Positions 10,601 to 23,674 of a DNA stretch of 64,000 bases are shown here, piece after piece. A program made the position numbers and the translations under genes. The notes under the pieces were generated by a model. The model was not told where the DNA came from. It saw only the letters and a program-made list of their open reading frames with translations, and did no database searches. Origin of the DNA: Euglena gracilis (lineage: Eukaryota); assembly GCA_039621445.1 (NCBI GenBank), contig CP154954.1, positions 17,080,589 to 17,144,588 of the forward strand. Direction: 5' to 3'. How positions within the stretch are numbered: the stretch's first letter is position 1; each line of letters begins with the position of its first letter.

Positions 10601-13600
10601 GCTGGGCCGGGGTCGGCATTGGTTTCGCTTTTAGCGCACACGAAATCGCACAGCACAACAGGTGCGCACAGGCGGGAAGGGGGGGTGGGGAGTGGGTGTG
10701 GTGACCAACCCGCATGGGGGCTCGATGATGCCAACCCACAAGTCTTCTGCTCTGTGATGCACATCTCAACTTGGTCGATGCCACTGAGGCCCCTGGAACA
10801 CCTGTTTGGTCGTGTTCCCGCACGACAGGTGATTTTTTTTCAGGGCTGATTGGGGCCCATCCATTTCTGTTACAGCCTGCGCATTGGACGGGTGACGTTG
10901 CTGGCTGGAAAATGGGGGTTGAGAGGGCTGGCCGCGGGGTGTGGCTGCGTGGAATGGCGGCTGTTTTGGCCGCAGTCACTCCAGCGAGCAGGAGGCAGGG
11001 CCATGGGTGGTTGGCTCACCACCAGCTCCGTGTTGGTGGTAAGTTTTCTTCACGCAAAAAAACCACATTCATACACAGCCACAGAGACTGTGTGGTGTGT
11101 GTGGTTGGGTGGGGGGGGGGGGCGTGGCAGCCTTAATATCCTCCAGCACGCCAATCCGATGGTGCTGCTGGCCGGAAAATGGGGCGAGATTGTGACGTGG
11201 ATGTTTACATGAATGCAGAACAGCCATGGTGTCAACAAAGGGTGCACGGGCCAAACTGGGTTTGGAGGGAGCCCAACCTGGGACGAAGGGTTGGGGGACG
11301 GGCAGTTGCTGAATTGGTGTTGGCGGGGGCGGACGGATGGTGTCCTCCTGGCAGCGGTGACGACCCCCAAGTCCCCAGAGTCATCGCATGATGGATGGTC
11401 AAACCTCAGAGAAGTCTGAGCTGCCCCCCGGAGGATTGTTCCCGGTTGGGTGGGGTGTGGGCTGGGCCGGGGTCGGCATTGGTTTCGCTTTTAGCGCACA
11501 CGAAATCGCACAGCACAACAGGTGCGCACAGGCGGGAAGGGGGGTTGGGGAGGAGGTGTGGTGACCAACCCGCATGGGGGCTCGATGATGCCAACCCACA
11601 AGTCTTCTGCTCTGTGATGCACATCTCAACTTGGTCGATGCTACTGAGGCCCCTGGAACACCTGTTTGGTCGTGTTCCCGCACGACAGGTGATTTTTTTT
11701 TCAGGGCTGATTGGGGCCCATCCATTTCTGTTACAGCCTGCGCATTGGACGGGTGACGTTGCTGGCTGGAAAATGGGGGTTGAGAGGGCTGGCCGCGGGG
11801 TGTGGCTGCGTGGAATGGCGGCTGTTTTGGCCGCAGTCACTCCAGCGAGCAGGAGGCAGGGCCATGGGTGGTTGGCTCACCACCAGCTCCGTGTTGGTGG
11901 TAAGTTTTCTTCACGCAAAAAAACCACATTCATCCACATCCACAAACACTGTGTGGTTGTGGGTTGGTGTGGGGGGGGGGGGTGGCAGCCTTAATATCCT
12001 CCAGCACGCCAATCCGATGGTGCTGCTGGCCGGAAAATGGGGCGAGATTGTGACGTGGATGTTTACATGAATGCAGAACAGCCATGGTGTCAACAAAGGG
12101 TGCACGGGCCAAACTGGGTTTGGAGGGAGCCCAACCTGGGACGAAGGGTTGGGGGACGGGCAGTTGCTGAATTGGTGTTGCGGGGGGCGGACGGATGGTG
12201 TCCTCCTGGCAGCGGTGACGCCCCCCAAGTCCCCAGAGTCATCGCATGATGGATGGTCAAACCTCAGAGAAGTCTGAGCTGCCCCGGAGGATTGTTCCCG
12301 GTTGGGTGGGGTGTGGGCTGGGCCGGGGTCGGCATTGGTTTCGCTTTTAGCGCACACGAAATCGCACAGCACAACAGGTGCGCACAGGCGGGAAGGGGGG
12401 TTGGGGAGGAGGTGTGGTGACCAACCCGCATGGGGGCTCGATGATGCCAACCCACAAGTCTTCTGCTCTGTGATGCACATCTCAACTTGGTCGATGCTAC
12501 TGAGGCCCCTGGAACACCTGTTTGGTCGTGTTCCCGCACGACAGGTGTTTTTTTTTCAGGGCTGATTGGGGCCCATCCATTTCTGTTACAGCCTGCGCAT
12601 TGGACGGGTGACGTTGCTGGCTGGAAAATGGGGGTTGAGAGGGCTGGCCGCGGGGTGTGGCTGCGTGGAATGGCGGCTGTTTTGGCCGCAGTCACTCCAG
12701 CGAGCAGGAGGCAGGGCCATGGGTGGTTGGCTCACCACCAGCTCCGTGTTGGTGGTAAGTTTTCTTCACGCAAAAAAACCACATTCATCCACACCCACAA
12801 ACACTGTGTGGTTGTGGGTTGGTGTGGGGGGGGGGGGTGGCAGCCTTAATATCCTCCAGCACGCCAATCCGATGGTGCTGCTGGCCGGAAAATGGGGCGA
12901 GATTGTGACGTGGATGTTTACATGAATGCAGAACAGCCATGGTGTCAACAAAGGGTGCACGGGCCAAACTGGGTTTGGAGGGAGCCCAACCTGGGACGAA
13001 GGGTTGGGGGACGGGCAGTTGCTGAATTGGTGTTGGCGGGGGCGGACGGATGGTGTCCTCCTGGCAGCGGTGACGACCCCCAAGTCCCCAGAGTCATCGC
13101 ATGATGGATGGTCAAACCTCAGAGAAGTCTGAGCTGCCCCCCGGAGGATTGTTCCCGGTTGGGTGGGGTGTGGGCTGGGCCGGGGTCGGCATTGGTTTCG
13201 CTTTTAGCGCACACGAAATCGCACAGCACAACAGGTGCGCACAGGCGGGAAGGGGGGTTGGGGAGGAGGTGTGGTGACCAACCCGCATGGGGGCTCGATG
13301 ATGCCAACCCACAAGTCTTCTGCTCTGTGATGCACATCTCAACTTGGTCGATGCTACTGAGGCCCCTGGAACACCTGTTTGGTCGTGTTCCCGCACGACA
13401 GGTGTTTTTTTTCCGGGCTGATTGGGGCCCATCCATTTCTGTTACAGCCTGCGCATTGGACGGGTGACGTTGCTGGCTGGAAAATGGGGGTTGAGAGGGC
13501 TGGCCGCGGTGTGTGGCTGCGTGGAATGGCGGCTGTTTTGGCCGCAGTCACTCCAGCGAGCAGGAGGCAGGGCCATGGGTGGTTGGCTCACCACCAGCTC

Positions 13601-16600
13601 CGTGTTGGTGGTAAGTTTTCTTCACGCAAAAAAACCACATTCATCCACACCCACAAACACTGTGTGGTTGTGGGTTGGTGTGGGGGGGGGGGGGTGGCAG
13701 CCTTAATATCCTCCAGCACGCCAATCCGATGGTGCTGCTGGCCGGAAAATGGGGCGAGATTGTGACGTGGATGTTTACATGAATGCAGAACAGCCATGGT
13801 GTCAACAAAGGGTGCACGGGCCAAACTGGGTTTGGAGGGAGCCCAACCTGGGACGAAGGGTTGGGGGACGGGCAGTTGCTGAATTGGTGTTGGCGGGGGC
13901 GGACGGATGGTGTCCTCCTGGCAGCGGTGACGACCCCCAAGTCCCCAGAGTCATCGCATGATGGATGGTCAAACCTCAGAGAAGTCTGAGCTGCCCCCCG
14001 GAGGATTGTTCCCGGTTGGGTGGGGTGTGGGCTGGGCCGGGGTCGGCATTGGTTTCGCTTTTAGCGCACACGAAATCGCACAGCACAACAGGTGCGCACA
14101 GGCGGGGAAGGGGGGTTGGGGAGGAGGTGTGGTGACCAACCCGCATGGGGGCTCGATGATGCCAACCCACAAGTCTTCTGCTCTGTGATGCACATCTCAA
14201 CTTGGTCGATGCTACTGAGGCCCCTGGAACACCTGTTTGGTCGTGTTCCCGCACGACAGGTGTTTTTTTTTCAGGGCTGATTGGGGCCCATCCATTTCTG
14301 TTACAGCCTGCGCATTGGACGGGTGACGTTGCTGGCTGGAAAATGGGGGTTGAGAGGGCTGGCCGCGGGGTGTGGCTGCGTGGAATGGCGGCTGTTTTGG
14401 CCGCAGTCACTCCAGCGAGCAGGAGGCAGGGCCATGGGTGGTTGGCTCACCACCAGCTCCGTGTTGGTGGTAAGTTTTCTTCACGCAAAAAAACCACTTT
14501 CTTCTACACCTCCAAACACTGTGTGTTTGTGGGTTGGTGGGGGGGGGGGGGTGGCAGCCTTAATATCCTCCAGCACGCCAATCCGATGGTGCTGCTGGCC
14601 GGAAAATGGGGCGAGATTGTGACGTGGATGTTTACATGAATGCAGAACAGCCATGGTGTCAACAAAGGGTGCACGGGCCAAACTGGGTTTGGAGGGAGCC
14701 CAACCTGGGACGAAGGGTTGGGGGACGGGCAGTTGCTGAATTGGTGTTGGCGGGGGCGGACGGATGGTGTCCTCCTGGCAGCGGTGACGACCCCAAGTCC
14801 CCAGAGTCATCGCATGATGGATGGTCAAACCTCAGAGAAGTCTGAGCTGCCCCCCGGAGGATTGTTCCCGGTTGGGTGGGGTGTGGGCTGGGCCGGGGTC
14901 GGCATTGGTTTCGCTTTTAGCGCACACGAAATCGCACAGCACAACAGGTGCGCACAGGCGGGAAGGGGGGTTGGGGAGGAGGTGTGGTGACCAACCCGCA
15001 TGGGGGCTCGATGATGCCAACCCACAAGTCTTCTGCTCTGTGATGCACATCTCAACTTGGTCGATGCTACTGAGGCCCCTGGAACACCTGTTTGGTCGTG
15101 TTCCCGCACGACAGGTGTTTTTTTTCAGGGCTGATTGGGGCCCATCCATTTCTGTTACAGCCTGCGCATTGGACGGGTGACGTTGCTGGCTGGAAAATGG
15201 GGGTTGAGAGGGCTGGCCGCGGGGTGTGGCTGCGTGGAATGGCGGCTGTTTTGGCCGCAGTCACTCCAGCGAGCAGGAGGCAGGGCCATGGGTGGTTGGC
15301 TCACCACCAGCTCCGTGTTGGTGGTAAGTTTTCTTCACGCAAAAAAACCACATTCATCCACATCCACAAACACTGTGTGGTTGTGGGTTGGTGTGGGGGG
15401 GGGGGGGGGGGGCAGCCTTAATATCCCCCAGCACGCCAATCCGATGGTGCTGCTGGCCGGAAAATGGGGCGAGATTGTGACGTGGATGTTTACATGAATG
15501 CAGAACAGCCATGGTGTCAACAAAGGGTGCACGGGCCAAACTGGGTTTGGAGGGAGCCCAACCTGGGACGAAGGGTTGGGGGACGGGCAGTTGCTGAATT
15601 GGTGTTGGCGGGGGCGGACGGATGGTGTCCTCCTGGCAGCGGTGACGACCCCCAAGTCCCCAGAGTCATCGCATGATGGATGGTCAAACCTCAGAGAAGT
15701 CTGAGCTGCCCCCCGGAGGATTGTTCCCGGTTGGGTGGGGTGTGGGCTGGGCCGGGGTCGGCATTGGTTTCGCTTTTAGCGCACACGAAATCGCACAGCA
15801 CAACAGGTGCGCACAGGGGAAGGGGGTTGGGGAGGAGGTGTGGTGGCCAACCCGCATGGGGGCTCGATGATGCCAACCCACAAGTCTTCTGCTCTGTGAT
15901 GCACATCTCAACTTGGTCGATGCTACTGAGGCCCCTGGAACACCTGTTTGGTCGTGTTCCCGCACGACAGGTGTTTTTTTTTCAGGGCTGATTGGGGCCC
16001 ATCCATTTCTGTTACAGCCTGCGCATTGGACGGGTGACGTTGCTGGCTGGAAAATGGGGGTTGAGAGGGCTGGCCGCGGGGTGTGGCTGCGTGGAATGGC
16101 GGCTGTTTTGGCCGCAGTCACTCCAGTGAGCAGGAGGCAGGGCCATGGGTGGTTGGCTCACCACCAGCTCCGTGTTGGTGGTAAGTTTTCTTCACGAAAA
16201 AAAACCACATTCATCCACATCCACAAACACTGTGTGGTTGTGGGTTGGTGTGGGGGGGGGGGGTGGCAGCCTTAATATCCTCCAGCACGCCAATCCGATG
16301 GTGCTGCTGGCCGGAAAATGGGGCGAGATTGTGACGTGGATGTTTACATGAATGCAGAACAGCCATGGTGTCAACAAAGGGTGCACGGGCCAAACTGGGT
16401 TTGGAGGGAGCCCAACCTGGGACGAAGGGTTGGGGGACGGGCAGTTGCTGAATTGGTGTTGGCGGGGGCGGACGGATGGTGTCCTCCTGGCAGCGGTGAC
16501 GACCCCCAAGTCCCCAGAGTCATCGCATGATGGATGGTCAAACCTCAGAGAAGTCTGAGCTGCCCCCCGGAGGATTGTTCCCGGTTGGGTGGGGTGTGGG

Positions 16601-19600
16601 CTGGGCCGGGGTCGGCATTGGTTTCGCTTTTAGCGCACACGAAATCGCACAGCACAACAGGTGCGCACAGGCGGGAAGGGGGGTTGGGGAGGAGGTGTGG
16701 TGACCAACCCGCATGGGGGCTCGATGATGCCAACCCACAAGTCTTCTGCTCTGTGATGCACATCTCAACTTGGTCGATGCTACTGAGGCCCCTGGAACAC
16801 CTGTTTGGTCGTGTTCCCGCACGACAGGTGTTTTTTTTTCAGGGCTGATTGGGGCCCATCCATTTCTGTTACAGCCTGCGCATTGGACGGGTGACGTTGC
16901 TGGCTGGAAAATGGGGGTTGAGAGGGCTGGCCGCGGGGTGTGGCTGCGTGGAATGGCGGCTGTTTTGGCCGCAGTCACTCCAGCGAGCAGGAGGCAGGGC
17001 CATGGGTGGTTGGCTCACCACCAGCTCCGTGTTGGTGGTAAGTTTTCTTCACGCAAAAAAACCACATTCTTCCGCGCCCCCCAGCTCTGTGTGGTTGTGG
17101 GTTGGTGTGGGGGGGGGGGGTGGCAGCCTTAATATCCTCCAGCACGCCAATCCGATGGTGCTGCTGGCCGGAAAATGGGGCGAGATTGTGACGTGGATGT
17201 TTACATGAATGCAGAACAGCCATGGTGTCAACAAAGGGTGCACGGGCCAAACTGGGTTTGGAGGGAGCCCAACCTGGGACGAAGGGTTGGGGGACGGGCA
17301 GTTGCTGAATTGGTGTTGGCGGGGGCGGACGGATGGTGTCCTCCTGGCAGCGGTGACGACCCCCAAGTCCCCAGAGTCATCGCATGATGGATGGTCAAAC
17401 CTCAGAGAAGTCTGAGCTGCCCCCCGGAGGATTGTTCCCGGTTGGGTGGGGTGTGGGCTGGGCCGGGGTCGGCATTGGTTTCGCTTTTAGCGCACACGAA
17501 ATCGCACAGCACAACAGGTGCGCACAGGCGGGAAGTGGGGTGGGAGGAGGTGTGGTGACCAACCCGCATGGGGGCTCGATGATGCCAACCCACAAGTCTT
17601 CTGCTCTGTGATGCACATCTCAACTTGGTCGATGCTACTGAGGCCCCTGGAACACCTGTTTGGTCGTGTTCCCGCACGACAGGTGTTTTTTTTTCAGGGT
17701 TGATTGGGGCCCATTCATTTATGTTTAAGTCTGTGGATTGGAGGTGTGACGTTGCTGGCTGGAAATTGGGGGTTGTGATGGGTGGCAGGGGGGTGTGTGG
17801 CTGCGTGGAATGGCGGCTGTTTTGGCCGCAGTCACTCCAGCGAGCAGGAGGCAGGGCCATGGGTGGTTGGCTCACCACCAGCTCCGTGTTGGTGGTAAGT
17901 TTTCTTCACGCAAAAAAACCACATTCATCCACACCCACAAACACTGTGTGGTTGTGGGTTGGTGTGGGGGGGGGGGGGGGGGCAGCCTTAATATCCTCCA
18001 GCACGCCAATCCGATGGTGCTGCTGGCCGGAAAATGGGGCGAGATTGTGACGTGGATGTTTACATGAATGCAGAACAGCCATGGTGTCAACAAAGGGTGC
18101 ACGGGCCAAACTGGGTTTGGAGGGAGCCCAACCTGGGACGAAGGGTTGGGGGACGGGCAGTTGCTGAATTGGTGTTGGCGGGGGCGGACGGATGGTGTCC
18201 TCCTGGCAGCGGTGACGACCCCCAAGTCCCCAGAGTCATCGCATGATGGATGGTCAAACCTCAGAGAAGTCTGAGCTGCCCCCCGGAGGATTGTTCCCGG
18301 TTGGGTGGGGTGTGGGCTGGGCCGGGGTCGGCATTGGTTTCGCTTTTAGCGCACACGAAATCGCACAGCACAACAGGTGCGCACAGGCGGGAAGGGGGGT
18401 TGGGGAGGAGGTGTGGTGACCAACCCGCATGGGGGCTCGATGATGCCAACCCACAAGTCTTCTGCTCTGTGATGCACATCTCAACTTGGTCGATGCTACT
18501 GAGGCCCCTGGAACACCTGTTTGGTCGTGTTCCCGCACGACAGGTGTTTTTTTTTCAGGGCTGATTGGGGCCCATCCATTTCTGTTACAGCCTGCGCATT
18601 GGACGGGTGACGTTGCTGGCTGGAAAATGGGGGTTGAGAGGGCTGGCCGCGGGGTGTGGCTGCGTGGAATGGCGGCTGTTTTGGCCGCAGTCACTCCAGC
18701 GAGCAGGAGGCAGGGCCATGGGTGGTTGGCTCACCACCAGCTCCGTGTTGGTGGTAAGTTTTCTTCACGCAAAAAAACCACATTCATCCACACCCACAAA
18801 CACTGTGTGGTTGTGGGTTGGTGTGGGGGGGGGGGTGGCAGCCTTAATATCCTCCAGCACGCCAATCCGATGGTGCTGCTGGCCGGAAAATGGGGCGAGA
18901 TTGTGACGTGGATGTTTACATGAATGCAGAACAGCCATGGTGTCAACAAAGGGTGCACGGGCCAAACTGGGTTTGGAGGGAGCCCAACCTGGGACGAAGG
19001 GTTGGGGGACGGGCAGTTGCTGAATTGGTGTTGGCGGGGGCGGACGGATGGTGTCCTCCTGGCAGCGGTGACGACCCCCAAGTCCCCAGAGTCATCGCAT
19101 GATGGATGGTCAAACCTCAGAGAAGTCTGAGCTGCCCCCCGGAGGATTGTTCCCGGTTGGGTGGGGTGTGGGCTGGGCCGGGGTCGGCATTGGTTTCGCT
19201 TTTAGCGCACACGAAATCGCACAGCACAACAGGTGCGCACAGGCGGGAAGGGGGGTTGGGGAGGAGGTGTGGTGACCAACCCGCATGGGGGCTCGATGAT
19301 GCCAACCCACAAGTCTTCTGCTCTGTGATGCACATCTCAACTTGGTCGATGCTACTGAGGCCCCTGGAACACCTGTTTGGTCGTGTTCCCGCACGACAGG
19401 TGTTTTTTTTTCAGGGCTGATTGGGGCCCATCCATTTCTGTTACAGCCTGCGCATTGGACGGGTGACGTTGCTGGCTGGAAAATGGGGGTTGAGAGGGCT
19501 GGCCGCGGGGTGTGGCTGCGTGGAATGGCGGCTGTTTTGGCCGCAGTCACTCCGGTGAGCAGGAGGCAGGGCCATGGGTGGTTGGCTCACCACCAGCTCC

Positions 19601-21775
19601 GTGTTGGTGGTAAGTTTTCTTCACGCAAAAAAACCACATTTGCATATTTGTACCGGGTCTTCCCCCTCGGGACTGTACCCTGGCCTCCGCCCTGCGGCAC
19701 CCCACGTCGTCCTCCCTTCCTCCAGCCTCTTTGCACCAAGTGGAACGGGGTGCTTTGGGTTGGGGCTGGCCTCTTCTGGGGAGCGACCTTCTGGGGACTG
19801 CTGCGAGGCCACAGTTGACAGCCCTCGTCCGCTGCCGTTTTGAGGTGGTCGGGTGGTCGAGTGGTTGAAGTGGTTTTGAGGTGGTGTATATTGGTGCATA
19901 TGTGTATTTGGATGTGTACGTACCCAAACCGTGACCATCTAATTTTATTGAAAAAAATAAGCCCCCAAATGATATTCCCCCTCTGCCAAGGGATGATGAT
20001 ACCCCCATCTGGGAGGGGGTATTATTTGGCAAAGCATTTTGTCTGTTTGTTTTGGATGCAAAACTTTGGTCACGGAATGTGTTGCATCTATCTTGAACAG
20101 TTCCTCCACCTCCCCCGCCCCCCGGCGCTTGGCCCCCCTCCTCCTTACATGCAAACTTGGCTCCCCAAAGCTGCAAAGTTGGCCTTCATTCTTCATGGCC
20201 GCCAAACTTCTTAACAATGAAACTTGGCAACCATGGGCCTTACCTTCGCTTTGGTTCGAGCTTGGCCCGGGCCAAGCGCCCCAGGAGGGGGGAGGTATTA
20301 AAATCCATGGCAGGTGCAGTTTTTTGTCTCAGAAACGTGCAACACGGTGCAAACCGCATAACATTTGCACAAAAAATATGGTTCCTGTTCTTAGGATAAC
20401 TCGTTTTCTCTGCGGCGGTCAGTGAAAGAATGGATAACATGTTGAAAGTCGGGTCCCTGGGTGGGGGATGTTGCTTGGGGTAGGTGCGATTCGGGCAAAG
20501 GGGAGAAACTGAGTTGGTGCTGGGCTGAGAAGAGGTGGAAGGTCCCACCCACCGGATGGCTACCGCCCAGACAAGGTGGTCTCTGCCCCCCCTCCGTGCC
20601 CCTCCACCCCGTCGTACGAGTCGGCCCGCCAGTCGGGTACAGCTTCCGACGCACCGCCTCACAGCGATGCTGCCCCTGACCCTGTGGCGTGCGTGTGATG
20701 GGCTTCGATGGCCATGGTGTGCTGGGCCTTTGGGGTTGAGGTCCCCCCCCCCCCCCAAATGAACCCCCCAAAATAAGAGCCCCCCCCCCTTCCAGGTCCC
20801 CTGGTGCCTGAGACGGTGAAAGTTTTCCCTGAAAATTTACCTAAATCCTCAATTTCAGACAGATGTGATTTCCCAAACCTTAAGAATTTTTCAGTCGCAA
20901 AACACCATGGTAAATGTCAAATGGTGCCAATTTACAAATGACGCAAAGGTCCAAAGATAGAGTTTTGGTATTTTAGGAACCTGGAAAATGATGTTTTTTT
21001 TCGGGCCTAGGTCGATCAAGAAAGAATCCAAAAAATAACTCCCCAAAATACCCTCCCCCCCCTCCTGGAAGTTTCCAGCAATGGGCACAAGAATAAGGCC
21101 TGGGCCTTTTTTTTGGTGGGACTTATTTAAACTGAGCATCTTTGGATTTTCAAAGAATTTCAGGGATTTCCCAACAACTTTGACTTGGTATCCAGCCCTT
21201 TGACTGGCCACAGAGCTGGAAATTTTCCTGGACCTCTTTAAAAGCACCGCTCCTGAACATTTTGGGAGAAAAAAGTCACAGAAATCATTCAGTGGATCAG
21301 GAAAGATTCAAACCAAAAGGACCAAGGAATGAGATAAGCCACACGTCTGATTTTGATGCTCGAGTGCACAGCCGCCTCTGAGCACCACCTCAGGACAAAA
21401 CATGAAAGAAATTGGGACATTTTTCATAAGAAATCATGCATTTCAGGTGAAGTGTGCACATTTCAAGGGAAGCTAGGAGGCACAAAATACTTTTCTGTGG
21501 AATTGATGTTTGACTGCAGTTGATGGAAATGCAGGATCTTCGAAGCCCCCCAAAAGGCTGAAGTTCCCTAAACCCCCTCCTCCTTGGCAAAAAAAACAAC
21601 TAAAGTGACCTGGCGCCAAAGGAGCCGATTCTTTTGGCCGTTCTTTTTTTTCTGCGTTTGTGGGAGTGGCCCCCACCAGTGACTGATTGGGAAGGGTGGA
21701 AGTGAGCCCCCGGGGTCGGTAAAGGATGTGTGGTCTGGTATGTAGTAGGCTGCCCCATCCCCCCCCCCCCCACAG

Positions 21776-21903
21776 GGTTCTCCGGCTTGCCCTCGCCCAA
21801 CATGGCCACACCGTTCAGCCTCATGCAGCAGCTCCCCGGCAAGTCCGACCTGTGGCTGCAGCTGCACGGCTCCGAAGCAGCCCGGACCGCTCCCAGGCCA
21901 TAG
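21776..21903 (+). other. Coding-like segment (possible exon or TE-ORF fragment), paralogous to 54472-54609
   Basis: ccccacag acceptor, then FSGLPSPNMATPFSLMQQLPGKSDLWLQLHGSEAARTAPRP*. The second copy differs mostly at synonymous sites. Confidence 0.4.
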
Positions 21904-22633
21904 GGCCAGGCATCTCCTCCCCTCTGGGACCTGGGTGGTGGGGGGGGGGCGAAACCCCAACCCCCCCCCCACCAGGCCTTCCCACCCCCCGGGAAGGGGT
22001 GGTGGGGTAACCTGGGGTGGAAACCACCTCAGGTTAGGGAAGTGTTCCCTTCTCCCAACGAACATTTTGAGCCCCTGACCCACCCATCTTGGAACCATTC
22101 CCCTCCCTGCACCCAAAGCATGGGTAGATTGCCGCCTCAGGTTGTTGGGCCGGCAAGGTTGATTTGATCAATGTTTCCAGTGTGCTTGTATTGGATGGCT
22201 GCTTCTATGGTGCGGGTGCCCCTGCCGTGATTCAAAAAAATTCGAAAGTGATTCAAAAACACCTGATCTATGGTGCTGGAATACACGTGACCGTGATTTC
22301 GATACGGATTTACTCTTTCTCACTGTTGCCCCCCCCCCCCCCATCGCATCGGTTGGACACACCACCCCCTCTGGCCTGCTCCCGCTCTCCGTCTTGCAAG
22401 CCCACCACACTCAAGCAATGGTCCGGGACCTTATTGGCATTCAAAGGGAGGAGGGAATGCTCTTGATGGAGGCTGATGTGTGAGAGGATTGCAAGGTAAG
22501 AGTTTATTGTGTCAGTGTGGTGCTTCATGAGCTGCGGTTCGGTTCTTGAAATTAATTGATCCTTCTGCGTTTTTTGTTATCAGCTGTTTTTTTATTATCA
22601 GTTCCAGTTTTATTATTTTCGGGGGTGTGGGTC

Positions 22634-23674
22634 CAGACATTCATTTAGTGTGGTACACCAAGGGTGTCATTTTGTGGTTCACTGTGGACACCAAAATTTT
22701 TTTGTGGTTCACGTATGGACACCTTTTGGTACACCCCCAAAATTTTGTGGACCAAATTTTTTCGTAATTCACCCGTGGACACAAAAAATATTTGTGGTTC
22801 ACAGGTAGACACGAATTTTTTTTCCACCACCTGCTGGCATTTGCATTATTATCTTTCTCCTCAACAGCAATGAAGCAAGCTTCTTTGAACATTGTTTGCC
22901 CAACGGCGTCCTTGGGAGGAGCCGGAGAAAGCGGAGAGTGCAGCCTTTAAGTCCCCACTCGGTTGCTCTTCCAGCTCATCTGGAGACTCCCCTTCTCCAA
23001 AGAAAAACAAAATCTCTTTACCACATCGAAAAAGAAATCGGCATAAGTTTTGACCCACATGGCCAAATAACTGAGATTTGTTGAATTATGATCCAAAGAT
23101 TGGAGTGTGGTGTTCGATTTGTCATCTATTTCGGCAGCATCCAAAGGTTTCAGTTGCTGGGAAAAAAGGAATGTGCTTGCGATGCCAACTACTCAATACA
23201 GGACTCGCACTGTCGGAACACATGAGAATGGAGCATATCATATTTGTGCACAAACCATGTTGGCACAGGCGGATTCAGCTCTGTCTGTTTCTTTGATCCC
23301 CCTTTCGCCCGCAGTGATTCCCCAGGCAAGGATTTTGTTTGGGACCGTTTTGTGGATGGCCCAGCAAAAAACTTCGTGCTGCTTGACTGCTTGAGCTGCA
23401 GAAGTCCAATGGGGTGCCTTGTGCTATGGCTCGAAACATGCCCCGGTGGTGATCAAGTTTTTTGCAAACGCCTCCAGGGACCACTTTGGGGTGGCATGGC
23501 AGCTTGCCACAGCACGGGCCATCATGCTGGACAAAGTGAAAAAAGCGGGAAGACAATGGCCAGTGGTCGCTGCCCGAATGTTTTCACAAGGCAAGTCTCC
23601 TGCGTTCGTTACCTGTGGACACCAAATTTTTTTTTGTGGTTCACACGTCGTGAACCACACTAAATGAATGTTTG
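22634..23674 (+). mobile_element. Internally deleted hAT-like DNA transposon with TIRs and subterminal repeats
   Basis: TIR cagacattcatttagtgtggt (22634) / accacactaaatgaatgtttg (to 23674), one mismatch. Multiple gtggacacc..tttttgtggttcac subterminal repeats at both ends. Transposase remnant inside. Confidence 0.8.
23030..23590 (+). pseudogene. Decayed N-terminal part of a hAT-family (ZNF862/ZMYM-like, TTF-type zinc finger) transposase
   Basis: Across stops and frameshifts it reads HKF*PTW..LLNYDPKIGVWCSICHLF..NVLAMPTTQYRTRTVGTHENGAYHICA..LFGTVLWMAQQK..ELQKSNGVP..YGSKH..IKFFA. This fits the CxxC..HExxxxH finger and the ELQxxNG motif. The catalytic and dimerisation domains are absent. Confidence 0.7.

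Larger units (their letters stand above)
726..19640 (+). repeat. Tandem array of ~22 units (854-893 bp), each a cluster of snoRNA genes
   Basis: The same landmark recurs at 737, 1630, 2519, 3373, 4260, 5116, 5973, 6861, 7722, 8580, 9462, 10319, 11179, 12037, 12892, 13749, 14606, 15464, 16318, 17175, 18034 and 18890. Units are near-identical. Copies 1, 2, 4, 7 and 10 carry an extra ~32-bp spacer segment. Confidence 0.98.

Noticed and set aside
17700-17800. Diverged snoRNA paralogues in single copies (also ~8455-8520, 11070-11105, 14495-14530, 17070-17090)
   Set aside because: These are local bursts of substitutions unique to one copy and next to homopolymers, more like sequencing-consensus errors than evolution.
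726-19640. Hundreds of repeated short ORFs (MGRDCDVD.., MVDATEAP.., etc.) in the array
   Set aside because: Frames change with homopolymer length from copy to copy, occur on both strands and show no domain. The conserved features are RNA boxes and stems.
726-19640. Array as a 5S rRNA, SL RNA, tRNA or histone repeat, or a CRISPR array
   Set aside because: I recognised no 5S, spliced-leader, cloverleaf or histone sequence. Units are near-identical with no unique spacers.
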